Positions 13,249 to 25,349 of a stretch of 64,000 nt of DNA are shown here, in pieces; the first letter of the stretch is position 1, and every line of letters begins with the position of its first letter. A program made the position numbers and the translations under genes. The stretch covers positions 25,070,534 through 25,134,533 of the forward strand of contig CM120644.1 in assembly GCA_051362555.1 (NCBI GenBank), given 5' to 3'. The notes under the pieces were generated by a model. It saw nothing but the letters and a program-made list of their open reading frames with translations, searched no databases and was not told the origin of the DNA. Source of the stretch: Lingula anatina. Its lineage: Eukaryota > Animalia > Brachiopoda.

Positions 13249-14252
13249 GAGATGGCATTGTACGCTATTAAACAGGGGTCCGCTAACAGTCCGGTGAGAC
13301 TCTTGTAATTCTCGTAAAGAGAGGTATACAAACCAAATACTTGGAATATTGTGATAGTGAGTGGTTCGCAAACATATATATATATATATAATTTTTTTTT
13401 GTTTAAAGTTATGGTATTTCGACGGTTTAAGGGGGCATCGAAAGAAGAAATGTCGTAGAACTTCCGTCTATCTACATAGACAGTTTAGGGTGTTTAATGA
13501 TAGCCAATTGTGCTTATGAAGTTAAGATTTGAATAACAGTCTTTAAGAGCCCGATTTAGATACATTTATCGTATCCTAGCTAGATGTAAAGTGATAGTAA
13601 ATAGGATCCAGCAAAAAGTTCAGTTTTGAGAGAATGATGCAGGGTGTTCTTCTGTTCTAAATTAAGACTGTTCCATGAAGACCTAAGGAATTGTTCCGGG
13701 CCTTAATAAGTTAATTTGGTAGGGATTATGTAGTCTCTAACAGATGACTGTCTAGCTTGTGAAGCAGATGGGTTACAAAAGATAAGAGATATTCAGTAAG
13801 GTACAGATTATGATGAATTGAGAACATTATTTTTTGGCATGCATTATCTTTATATTGTTGCCCAGTTCAGTTGGATATATCAGAAACAGGTAAAGCACCC
13901 AGGACCAGTAAACCCACTTGGAAGTGAATCGAAGAGAGTTTTGAGTTTTTTTATTCTCGCTGGAGGATAGGGGAATCTCTGAATTTCACCGCCAGGTATG
14001 TGGATATTTGGTTGTTATTGCCTCCATGCAAAAATGCTCAAACACCGACAAGGTAAAAGAAGAGATAGATCTCCTTCTTTGCTGTTTAATGTCTAAGTAG
14101 AGAGAAATTACGGTTAACTCCTATACCAGAAGTAAAATTTACAGACCATGACAGACAGCGCCCCATCTCTTAAGTATCAGAAAACCCTCTGCCAAGGTTG
14201 TGACTGCCGAAGTTGAATATGTGAATGTTAAAACTCATACCTCTTAAAATGA

Positions 14253-14626
14253 TGTAGCCGTATTAATGTCTAGTCTTCACTTGCGTTCGTCTTTTGTTTT
14301 GTCACGTGAGCGTCATATTACTTTCTCATTCCCATTTGTCATCTTTCCCGCCTTTTGTCGTATATAAATATCGTCGCCGCCCTTTTCTGTCATTCTTATT
14401 TGCTCATCGCTCTGTATATCTTTGCAAGTACGTGGTCAATAGTTTTGTTAATCATTTTATTAATATTATCATTATTATTATAGTTATCATATAGTAAGAT
14501 TATAGTTATGAATAATATCATTATGATGATGATTCTTAATTGCTCATCGCTCTGTATATATCTGCAGCACAATGGTCTTAAATAAACGAGAATAAGAACA
14601 AGTGTTCTTTGTCTTGAACCGTTACA
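14253..14626 (+). mobile_element. Solo LTR related to the Gypsy element at 23267-25331
   Basis: TG...CA ends, 374 bp, 4-bp TSD ATGA on both sides, colinear but diverged from the 373-bp LTRs. Confidence 0.9.
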
Positions 14627-14778
14627 ATGATAAGTGTCAAATAAGTATAAAAAGGACACTATTCATATACACGTGTAATTTTATGTAACATGTTGTATTG
14701 TGTTTTATTTTTTGCAGGTTTGTAGTTAGAGGGCCTATAAATGACAAAGCATTATTAGTTACAATTATTCCAATAAAA

Positions 14779-14866
<88 letters not shown>

Positions 14867-14921
14867 GGCACACATTGAACGTTTTGTAACAAAGCACACA
14901 CGATTAATCGTTATTTCAGTA

Positions 14922-15196
14922 TTACCCTAGCTTAAGGCTGTCCGCTAAGGCGCTATGTCTAGCCCTTGTCAACGCTCTTATCAGTTTGTCTCGACGCTCC
15001 TCATTGCTGCTAACCCCCATTCCTTCTCTCCACTGAAACAGCATTCTGCGAATCTGACCAAGTGTGTTACTGGGGAAGTTGAGTTTGAGCTGATCTATCT
15101 GAGGTCTATTCACTCCAAGACAGGCAGCTACTTCCTCCCACTCAACTCCAATATTCTTTGATAGGTCACACACCAATTCATCAGGTGGATAGAGAG
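14922..15196 (-). CDS. Terminal exon of a small death-domain protein
   Basis: LSKNIGVEWEEVAACLGV..IDQLK..P..GQIRRMLFQWRE..LIRAL....LAD matches the six-helix death-domain pattern. TAG acceptor at 15197-15199, phase 1, TAA stop at 14922. Confidence 0.85.
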
Positions 15197-15480
15197 CTAT
15201 GGAAATAAATCAATAGAAATCGTACCACTCAGTCAACATAAAGTTGGTCGTATCAGGACACCAATTTCAGGTTATCGTTTTTTCATGTAACAAGTAACAT
15301 TCCAACTGAAATGGTGAATATTATCTACAAAATTAGTTTCCTAACATACTCAAATAAACTTGTTCACTTTTTATTTAGGTTTAATGCTTGCTTTTTGCTT
15401 TTCATCTGGTTCAAACATGCCCCAAGTATTGCTTCTTTAAACAATGTCCCTCTATAATTATGACTCTAACTTCACTTGTA

Positions 15481-16094
15481 CAGTGGTACTCGTAATTATG
15501 TTTCCGTTGTATACTGGTTTAGAAACGTGTGAAATATTTCAATCCCTATCATGTGAATAGAAGGGGGTGGGCAAACAATGGACAGTCGTATAAATCCCTT
15601 CAAAATTCAAACGCAAAAACACAATAGCTTCGGTGGAATAACACAATACTTAATACGAGTAAACCCCATGACGCCGGTATCTGTGGTCCAGCGCGAGCGC
15701 GACAATCCGCTGTAACTAAGTATAATTAGCAGCAGAATACATCAGCCGGAAGGTCCCGCTGTTTGTTGTGGCGATAGGATTATGACGTTAAGAGGCTAGA
15801 ACCCACGCTACCGCGTGCCACTAAACCGGATCCATGAACTAACTGTCCTTTTGCTCACTAGCTTGGCACGCGCAGCTGATTATGTTTTTAGTGCTGCTTA
15901 CAAACTGCTAGTTTAATGTGGCATCAGTTATTTCATTCAGTATGAAGCTATCCGTAGTCAAAAATTGGACTAAGTATTGTTTGTTTGATTGACATGCATG
16001 AGTATCAGCGTGATCAACAATTAATCCTGTCTCAAAATCCTATTGCAAATAGTATTTATAATTATGAATGATAATGAATGAGGAATAAGGAAAA
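15481..16094 (-). mobile_element. Third copy of the TA|CAGTGG-ended repeat family (in the death-domain gene intron)
   Basis: Reverse complement similar to 8361-9015. Confidence 0.7.
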
Positions 16095-17121
16095 GGCAGC
16101 AAATAGCATTTTCAAAAAGAAACAGTTTATGACGAAAACTTCTGAAGTTTAAATTTGCATCATCGCGACTTGTGTTAAAAAATAAAGATTAAAAGTAGCA
16201 AAGAAAGCAACATGATTTTTTTAAAAATTATTTACAGAACAAGCTGATGTGTAGTCTTAATTACTACATTAAGTAACATTTTATATAAAATAAAAGTGAA
16301 TCCGTAATTATAATTTAATAATGATAATTTAAACAGTAATAAATACTAATAAATAAATAATGATTTCAATATAAATGAATGATGATTTTATAATAAAATG
16401 AATAAATTGCTGCAAATAAATAAATTGCTATAAAAATATGAACAAAAAAATAACTTTTTTCAAAAACCAAAAGCTTTTTTCTCTCTTTCTATGACCACCG
16501 GCATCACTTTAAAAACGTTGTCTCTAGTGAATGTCTGTCAAAAACTCTGAATCGCCCTTCGTTTCCGGTGTAACAGTTATCTAAGTCCCCCAGGAACCGA
16601 GGTCCTTTGGATCTTACTAAAGGGATGTTTTTAGCTTGTTTGCGAAATGATAACAATGGCGTTTATCAATAGATTGCGAGCTATAGAAAGACCACCCTCC
16701 TCTTTTAGCGTTGTCCCAATTAACAGTACTATAGTGTAAAGGCGCCAAGTGATCAAATTGTCAGGCTTTCCCCTGTCGCACGTTGGTCTTCGATTGTCAT
16801 TTCACCACTGCCAGGTATTAGCTTTTATTGCAATGTTTATAAAAAAATTACAGGGTATTTATTTTCAATATTTTTACCACAATGGTCTTGGTGTGTTATG
16901 GGAAATGGATGATTTTTTAAAAAGAAATGGGGGGAGGCTACCACATCAAAAGGATTTTTAAAAGAAATTGCCTAATATGTTGTTTGTATTATTTGAACCA
17001 AAAAGAAAGACCAAATTAAAAATTTATGCCTATTCCACAAAACAGTGCATATTGATACAACAACAATGAGTCTGCGTTTAATGTAATCCCTCCTTGGTGA
17101 AAACAAAATCAAAACGCTTAC

Positions 17122-17176
17122 CAGGAACGTCCATTTTTCCTTCGGGATCATTCTGAGCATATGGAGCTTCAGCCAT
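17122..17176 (-). CDS. Probable start exon of the death-domain gene (MAEAPYAQNDPEGKMDVP); joined product ~109 aa
   Basis: gatATGG context with an in-frame upstream stop, phase-1 GTAAG donor compatible with 15196, CAG acceptor at 17218-17220, and a paralogous exon at 11204-11258. Confidence 0.65.
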
Positions 17177-20100
17177 ATCCCCTTCTCAGGTTCCTTTGAC
17201 TTAGAATTTGACTGAACCTGAATGAGAGAAAGATTGGGTTGGTCGAACATGTATGTCTAACATATTATGATATTAATGATATGTGTTAGAAGATGGAAGA
17301 ACAACGAATTTGTATTTTCATGCAGAATGACGCCATTAAGAAGTCAAAAATTGATGTTACAAAAATGCTAAAATTTTGAAACACTGACCTTTTTTCTTCG
17401 ATACTAAAATGCCTGAAATAAATACAAAAATATAATGAAGAATCACAAATTAAGAATACAGATAAAAATCATATTTATATAAGAATAAAAATAATTGAAA
17501 ATGATAACTACAGCCACGGTCACAACCGGACGCACGGATTTTAAGATCGTACGTCCCCTGCGATTTTTGCGTGCAGTAGAAGCCGTGGAGGTCGTAGAGG
17601 TAGACGAAAGTCTGCCTTGCGAGTTGCAAGGGCCAAATGAGATGTCCTTTCAAGCAGGAACGCTAATTGCAATGTGCAGGGGCCGTGGAAATTGTAATCA
17701 TTTCTTGAATTTGTCTTGCTACCTGCGTACGTGGCACACACTCACCACTAAAGCCTAGGTCCCAACTACGTTTTGGACGCACGGTTTTTAGGTTCCTTGG
17801 ACGTAGCTAGACCGCAGGGAAGGAATCAAGTAAAGCCTAGGTCCCAACCGAACATACGGGTTATTACGTGTTGTCTACGGCCAAAAAATGGAGAAAACGT
17901 AAAGTGATTTTTCTCTTAGGAATAAGGTTTTGAAAAGGAGAGAGAGGGAGAGAAAATAAGAATTTCGACGCAACACACAAAAGGTACACCCCAGAAGAAA
18001 AGGACATGAAATAGTATGCACTGTACATATACCTCAAAGGATGAAAATAAGGGATGCCTTTGGATGGTGCCTTATTTTGTTAAAAAAATATCGGGCAAAC
18101 CAGGCTCATACATATTGTGCAATGAGGGAGGAGTATGCCAAAAATATGCGTTAACACGTCAAAAATTGAGATTACTAGATGAAAAATACACATAAAATAA
18201 ATAAATTGTTTTTGTTTCTTCATTAATATGCATGTAAACTGCCTAACGGAAAACATTGTAAAATATAAATATTAAATGTCATATAAATAGAATAAAGCAA
18301 ACGTTTATTATATCTTTAAAACTTGTATGTCTCTATATCTATTTATTCATGTCATTTCTTGGTGTAAACTATATAGGCCATGCGTTACTAAAATGTTATG
18401 AACGCACGTCCCATTAGGACGTGCATTACTACACGTAGGACTTGCATTACTTGTCAGTCTTCGTCCTACGGACATTGAATCCTAGTAACGTATGCCCTAG
18501 GACTTCCATTCCTAGCAATGCAAGCCCTTGGACTTGCATTCCCAAGACTAAGTGTCCGGGCGGACTTGGGTTACTAGGACGTGTACTCCTGCCACACCGG
18601 AATGGCGCGAAAAACAGACATTGCCAGACAGATGATTGTGTCAAACGGAATGGTCTGCACAGTTTTATAGAGTTATGCCCAGACTGATACACCTACACAG
18701 ACAACATGCCAAATGTATCGACATCTTACCACCACTGTCCTGCTATATATGCTGCTGCAATTAAACCAAAATCAACCAGTCCGTTTTGAATGAGGGGCAA
18801 ATTGTCACCAAATCGCGTTTTAAGGCTCTTAGCGAACACCAAAAGGGTTTCAGTAGGTTAGGATATGATTCATAAGTTGTCAAGTGGATGTTTCACAGCT
18901 TTATTTCAGTAATTTAAATGTCACTCAATGTTTAATATATCGGGTGTGGAATGGTGTACCGTTAGATTCAATTATAATTCAATTAACACTGAACCCTCCC
19001 CCCCCCCCCCAGCAGTCGATAGCACATTCTGACACCCCCCCCCCCCCCCGCCCCCCGGCCGAATTCTAGCTTAAGTTATTCGACTAGACCCTAAGTATTT
19101 CCATTGTATTAAGACAAATTATGTCAATGGGCATGTCCTTTCCTCGTCATTCCACAACAGACAGCGAAACCACAATCATAGACATAATTTTTGAAAACCT
19201 AACTGAAACTTAGTTATAACAATGGTCAACGGTCAAAACATAAAAAACGGTGCTTACCTAACTTGCAAACATCCGCCGAGCTGAAGGGTAAATATTGTTT
19301 TTCATTTTGTGAAGATCTCGCCATTTAATTCATATATGAGGTAACTATTAATAATGTGTTTTACAAGCTTAAGGTTGTGCTATAATGAGGCTGCCAATCT
19401 TTGGGAATATAAAGGCTGTCTTTTGAGACCAGTGGCCGCCAATATGACCGCTGGGGAAAGCCTTGTTTGTACCTCTACTACACAGAAAAGGGGACGTGTT
19501 ATATTTCATCAAATGTAAACACTTAGAATCCAGCCACACCAGTTGTGTCATCAGGCGAATATATTTTTTCCGTATCAGAATAATTCCGCACTAAGGTGAA
19601 AAACAAGATGGCGGGTGGCTTAAACTGAAGCTTTCAAATGTCCCACTTAGTTAGGTCACCATGTTATTCCTACATGTAACATAGCATGTGAACGAACGCT
19701 TGATTACTTTGATAATATTAGACTGGTTTAAAACGTAAGAAACCTCATACTATGACGTAAGATTACATTTTTTTGCTAAATCGGTTTACAATCCAGACTT
19801 CTACGCAGTAGGTACTTTAAGCGACTGCCATTGCTCAAGAGTAAATAAAATGCCTTCTTTTCGTGTCCTATGTTCCATTATGTGCCTTAAGGCTACACTG
19901 TGTCAACGGCTTCTTTTGGTATTATAATTTCTGTGTGAATACTTTGTGTTGATATTGATTTTCGATTCAAGACACAATGCGTTCTGTATTTTTGCTATGG
20001 AAATAAGCTGACACGGATAAAATACACCCCTTACGTTAGTGATGAAAGGAAACTCAAAGGACATGTGTCATACCGTCGGAATGGCCTGAACAGAGCATAT

Positions 20101-20817
20101 TCTTCAGAAAACATGACCAACCAACGATATCTTTATCTAAATACAAGAAGTGAAAGCTCATTATGTAAATTTTGGACTCTAAAAACGTCCTTTTTGCTTG
20201 ACCTGCGAGTAAATGAGCTACGTGGTCACGTGGTCTGATGACGACAATCGTGCCACCGGCGGAGCTGTCAAACTCAGCTGCATTGTCTACCTGTAAGATT
20301 ACTCTTCTGGCTTCTGAGATAAGTTTATACTCATTCAAATCTCTTACCCGAGGGGTCTAAATCCTCGTGAAGCTGTGATTTGAATGACTTGAGGGTACTG
20401 TTGATTATTCCATATGAGCTCTATGTTCTTTGTGAAATTCAATTTATTTCATTAAACCGCTTACAGTACCACCTGACCCAGATCTGTTGCTTCAATTATG
20501 CATATTGAGGTGAGGTTTACTAAACCGCTCTTTTTTCTACTAATATATTGTTTTTATAATTTTTAAATGGCGGGGTTCGATTAAAACATACCTCTATTGT
20601 ATAGATTGAGTGCTGAATCTTCAGAATTCGAGAAATGGATTTTTATGTGTCTATTGTCCTTTAAGAATGATAAAAAGTATTCACAATACATGTGATTGCT
20701 GTAACGCAGGTATTAATAAGTAGTTAATGAAAAGTCAATCAACTTTAATTTCTGTATGTTGTGATAAAGTAGTGTATTTAGCTTACGTTATTCTAACAGA
20801 ACAGCCTTCTTGAACTA

Positions 20818-22205
20818 CACACACTGGACAAAAGAAGTGTCACCCCGTAACTCAGAGTAATAAAAGTAGGCCGATCTTGGGTACTTATAATGTCTGGTCT
20901 ACTTATAATGTGACTAATGAGTATAAAACCGCTATACCATGGAATTGTATTGTTGGTCTTGTACATGTACAGCAAATGTTATTCCTGTCTTCCTCCAATA
21001 TGACAAGATACAGGCAATTATATAACGGTTATAGGTGCAAGTTATTAACCTGAAGAGGCGGAATATAAGCAATGTCAGAATATCGATACAATTGAATTGT
21101 TCAGTCAGAACCGTGCAGAGGGTCTGATCTCGGTATAGAAACACTGGATCAAGAGACAAATTGCCTCTGATGGGTCGTCCAAGAAAAAATACTGGCCGTG
21201 AAGACCGACGACTGATTTTGATGTCCAGGTTGTCAAAGTTCGACACTGCTTGTCAGTTGACAACACAGTGGAACAATTTCACACATAAGAATGTGTCTGT
21301 GAAAATTGCTAGGCGTCGGTTACATGCTCAGAGAGTGTGCAGCAGGGTAGCAAGACTGAAACCTCTTATATCGTTACAAAACAGGCAACGTAGAGTAAAC
21401 TAGGGTCAACAGGATCTGGAACTGGACAGTTCATGACAATTAGTCCTATATATTTTTTTCTGATGAGTGTCGCTTTGGTCTGACCTCTGATGACAGACGG
21501 GTACTATGCTGGCAAAGTGCTGGTAAAGCATTTGAACCACATGCACTTAATTTTCGAACCCGGAGCAGCATATTCGTCATGGTGTGGGGCTGCATCAGCA
21601 TCCATGGCTTGGGCGAATTGATAGTGGTTGATGGAAACATGAATCACTAGAAATATATCGATGTTTTGGAGTCAGGCTTGCTACCATCTATTACTAACAT
21701 GTTTGGTGACAGGAATTATCCATTTGTTCACCAGGATGACAATGCTCCTTGTCACAGGCCCAGATCAGTTGATGATTGGTTTGACCAACAGGACATTCGC
21801 AGGGTGATGTGGCCTGCCCAGAGTCCGGATGCAAACATAATAGAAAATGTGTGGAATGATATGTCAGAACTTTTTACAAATGCCCGTCTAACCAGCAGAG
21901 AAACTCTGTTATATTCAGTGTTTCATGCTTGGGCCAGCATTAGCCCTGAACGCATCAGACAATTATATGAAACCTTGCTTCGTAGACTGGCACCTATTAT
22001 TAGGTCACGTGGCTATGCCACTAAGTACTAATTTTGGACTTGAAACTGCATATTTTGGTAGAATGTATATTTTGTTCTCATTTTGTGATTTTTTTGTGAA
22101 ATTTGATGTTAATAAAATGATACCAGGAGCATATCATTCCGCAGTCATTTATCTCCCCCATAGTATTGGCTCAGTAGGGGTGACACTTCTTTTGTCCAGT
22201 GTGTG
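20818..22205 (+). mobile_element. Tc1-family DNA transposon, full length, inactive
   Basis: 29-bp TIR cacacactggacaaaagaagtgtcacccc at both ends, TA TSD, 1388 bp. Confidence 0.95.
21000..22031 (+). pseudogene. Tc1 DD34E transposase pseudogene
   Basis: GRPRK, FSDECRF, MVWGCI, QDDNAPCH...SPDANIIENVW (34 residues between D and E) and C-terminal GYATKY. Several stops and frameshifts. Confidence 0.92.
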
Positions 22206-22435
22206 TATTTGTGTAGTGTATGTGTGTACAGTTACCTGTGCGACTGACAGCCATGTTTGTTCTTCGTGTGTACCTCTATTCAAATACTGTTATAATGAAC
22301 TGAATCTCAATTCAACGTCACGATAATATTTAGAAAGTTTTATAGCGGAGGCGATGAGTTCGTAGATGTAATGCCGTTCCACAGTGATGAAAAAAGACTG
22401 AACAGCATCCGTTATCGCTTCTGTTAACCCCGCTT

Positions 22436-22472
<37 letters not shown>

Positions 22473-23266
22473 CCACCCTCCATATACACCTTCCCACACA
22501 GATACGTCGTCCCTACAGCCACACACTCACAGGTTGTCGTAACTTAAAATTAGTTGCGTGCTTCTGTATTATATAGATGTATATAGTAATCTCAGTTAAT
22601 AACGGTCCTCAACATAACAAAGGAACTGTGCAGTTTCCGGTCCCTTTAACGCCCCGCTGCACACACCCCTCCCCGACCAAACACTCATTCTTCCACACAC
22701 ATTTTTCCCACACACACCCTGATCCCCCCATGCACACACAAACACGCCGTCGTGATTTGGAATTAGTCGCGTGTTTCAATATCACTTACATAAATATAGC
22801 ACTCCCAGCTGCTTGACCAGCTAGCGGACTACCCGTTATAAAGCCAATGTACGGTTTGTGAGGTTGAAATTTTCCAGGTTATCAATATGTATGAAGACAG
22901 TTGTATTTTTAACAAAGGTGAAAGGACAACAGAAAGTTACCAATGCATAATTCATATATTTCATTGTAAAATGAATTTCTTTGACAGTAATAGGGGAAAA
23001 GGAGGATAAAATGAAATTTACTTAAGAAACTGAATTTAATTTTTTTTCAGTGCCCCAGAAAGCGTCGTTGACTGGCGACTGTGTGAACAGATCTATAGAT
23101 ATTATGATGATATATCAAATTAATTTATAAAAGTAAATATATATTATCAATCACAACCAACATTTTGTTGCTCTCATGCTTCGATACATCTTGCTTCAAT
23201 ATCCCTGGCACAATCTGCACCCCCCCCCCCCAAAAAAATAATAATAATAATAAATAAATAAATAAA

Positions 23267-25331
23267 TGTAGCCGTATGAATGTATTTTCTTCACTCGTGT
23301 TCGTCTTTTGTTTTGTCACGTGGGCGTCATCTTACTCTCTCATTCCCATTGGTCATCTTTCCCGCCTTTCGTCGCTTATAAATATCGTCGCCGCCCTTTT
23401 TCTGTCATTGTTCTTTGCTCATCGCTCTTTATATATTTACAGGTACGTGTCAATAGTTTAATTCTTTTATGAATATTATCATTATTATTATTATACTTAT
23501 TATATATTAAGATTATAGCTATTAATAACATTATTATGATGATCGCACATTGTTCTTTGCTCATCGCTCTTTATATATTTACAGATGGTATGGAATAAAT
23601 AAGAACAAAGAGAAATAGACTTTGTTGTGAACCGTTGCATATGGCGCTGCGAGCAGTTTCTGATTTACATACCGAAGCATCGGCGGAATGAAGCTATAAA
23701 GATGTGTCATGATGATATGGCGCATGTTGGTAGAGACAGAACGATAGAGTTGATCAGAGATCGATTTTTTTGGAATAAAATGTATTCCGATGTTGCAAAT
23801 TATGTGGCTACTTGTGACAGATGTGTACAAAGAAAATCAATTTCAGATAAGGCACCCTTAGTCAGTATGAGTTCATCACAGCCAATGGAAATGTTATGTA
23901 TTGACTATTTGACCGTAGAAGATAATAAAGGTGGTATTGCCAATGTGTTAGTTGTGACAGACCATTTTTCCAGGTATGCATTGGCATATCCTGCTAAAAA
24001 TCAGACTGCGTACACTACGGCAAAGTTGTTGTATGAAAATGTGATTGTTCATTATGGTTTTCCGGCAAAAATACATAGCGATCAAGGAAGAAATTTTGAG
24101 AGTAGCACAATTAAACATTTGTGCGAAATAGGAGGAGTGACTAAAACTAGAACCACGCCTTACCGGCCCCAGGGTAATGGTACGTGTGAACGATTTAATC
24201 GAACATTGCTAAATATGATTGGTACTTTAGGTCAAGATAAAAAATCGGACTGGAAAAAGTACATTCAAAGTTTAGTTCACGCGTACAATTGTACAAAGAA
24301 TGATGCAACCGGATATTCTCCGTATTTTCTAATGTTTGGTAGAAACCCTAGACTGCCTGTAGATTTGACTTTTGGTCTAGATGAACAGAGTGGGAATACA
24401 GAGCACTCAGATTACATTAGAAAATTAAAAAGACGATTGCAATATGCTTATGAATTAGCTTTTAAGAATTCCGTAGATCTTAAAAGGAATAACAAAGAAC
24501 GGTTTGATAGAATGACGAGAGGAGCTGTCGTCCAGCAAGGAGATAGAGTATTGATCAGAAACTTGGGGTTAAAAGGAAAGAATAAGTTGGCTGATAGATG
24601 GAAACCTGAAGTATATGTGGTTGTAGAACAACCAAATAAAGATATACCGGTATACAAAATTAAAGAAGAAGGAGTCAAAAGTGGAACATTGAAAGTTGTT
24701 CACAGAAATCACTTACTTCCTTTACCTGTCGGAGGATTGAGGAAGAGTAGTGAGAAAAAAGTGCAAGTTGAAGATCCCTCCATTCCAAGGAGGTCTAAAA
24801 GGGAGAAGAGGATTCCAGAAAAATATCAAGGCTAACTTAAAGCTTTGATTAATTTAGTGTCATATTTTAATAAAAACTAGATCATTGTTGTATAGTGTTA
24901 TTATTATTTGTGGAGTGAATGAAATGTGCGGAGACATTTCTTTGAGAAGGGGGGTGAATGTAGCCGTATGAATGTATTTTCTTCACTCGTGTTCGTCTTT
25001 TGTTTTGTCACGTGGGCGTCATCTTACTCTCTCATTCCCATTGGTCATCTTTCCCGCCTTTCGTCGCTTATAAATATCGTCGCCGCCCTTTTTCTGTCAT
25101 TGTTCTTTGCTCATCGCTCTTTATATATTTACAGGTACGTGTCAATAGTTTAATTCTTTTATGAATATTATCATTATTATTATTATACTTATTATATATT
25201 AAGATTATAGCTATTAATAACATTATTATGATGATCGCACATTGTTCTTTGCTCATCGCTCTTTATATATTTACAGATGGTATGGAATAAATAAGAACAA
25301 AGAGAAATAGACTTTGTTGTGAACCGTTGCA
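23267..25331 (+). mobile_element. Ty3/Gypsy LTR retrotransposon, internally deleted (integrase only)
   Basis: LTRs 23267-23639 and 24959-25331 (373 bp, TG..CA, no difference seen by eye), TSD TAAA, PBS TGGCGCTGCGAGCAG (tRNA-Ser-like) at 23642, PPT at 24944-24958. Confidence 0.95.
23702..24835 (+). CDS. Gypsy integrase, intact ORF (377 aa from first ATG)
   Basis: HHCC finger (CHDDMAH...CDRC), catalytic D (CIDYL), D (HSDQG) and E 35 residues later (TCERFN), and a GPY/F-like C-terminal region. Confidence 0.9.
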   Translation: MCHDDMAHVGRDRTIELIRDRFFWNKMYSDVANYVATCDRCVQRKSISDKAPLVSMSSSQPMEMLCIDYLTVEDNKGGIANVLVVTDHFSRYALAYPAKNQTAYTTAKLLYENVIVHYGFPAKIHSDQGRNFESSTIKHLCEIGGVTKTRTTPYRPQGNGTCERFNRTLLNMIGTLGQDKKSDWKKYIQSLVHAYNCTKNDATGYSPYFLMFGRNPRLPVDLTFGLDEQSGNTEHSDYIRKLKRRLQYAYELAFKNSVDLKRNNKERFDRMTRGAVVQQGDRVLIRNLGLKGKNKLADRWKPEVYVVVEQPNKDIPVYKIKEEGVKSGTLKVVHRNHLLPLPVGGLRKSSEKKVQVEDPSIPRRSKREKRIPEKYQG

Positions 25332-25349
25332 TAAAAATACTATCTTAGG

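Larger units (their letters stand above)
19080..22900. repeat. Old segmental duplication, unit 1 (interrupted by the Tc1 element)
   Basis: Colinear blocks: 19080-19900 with 25350-26230, 22208-22440 with 26440-26675 (and 27040-27150), and 22790-22880 with 27355-27445. Confidence 0.75.

Noticed and set aside
13380-14250. Possible decayed Penelope-like fragment (IYPTEL-like motif on the minus strand)
   Set aside because: Too degenerate to get consistent motifs in one orientation by eye.
19370-19560. Conserved duplicated block as a snoRNA/scaRNA
   Set aside because: A C-box-like TGATGA is present, but H/ACA or D boxes are not conserved in the second copy at 25670-25860.
19258-20397. Extra small exon candidates (19258-19280, 20035-20085, 20348-20397) for the DD gene
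   Set aside because: Splice sites are plausible and a frame can be kept open, but there is no compatible start codon or homology support; possibly UTR exons.
23627-23701. N-terminal 25 aa of the 402-aa ORF
   Set aside because: It starts at a GTG inside the LTR and runs through the PBS; not a plausible eukaryotic start.
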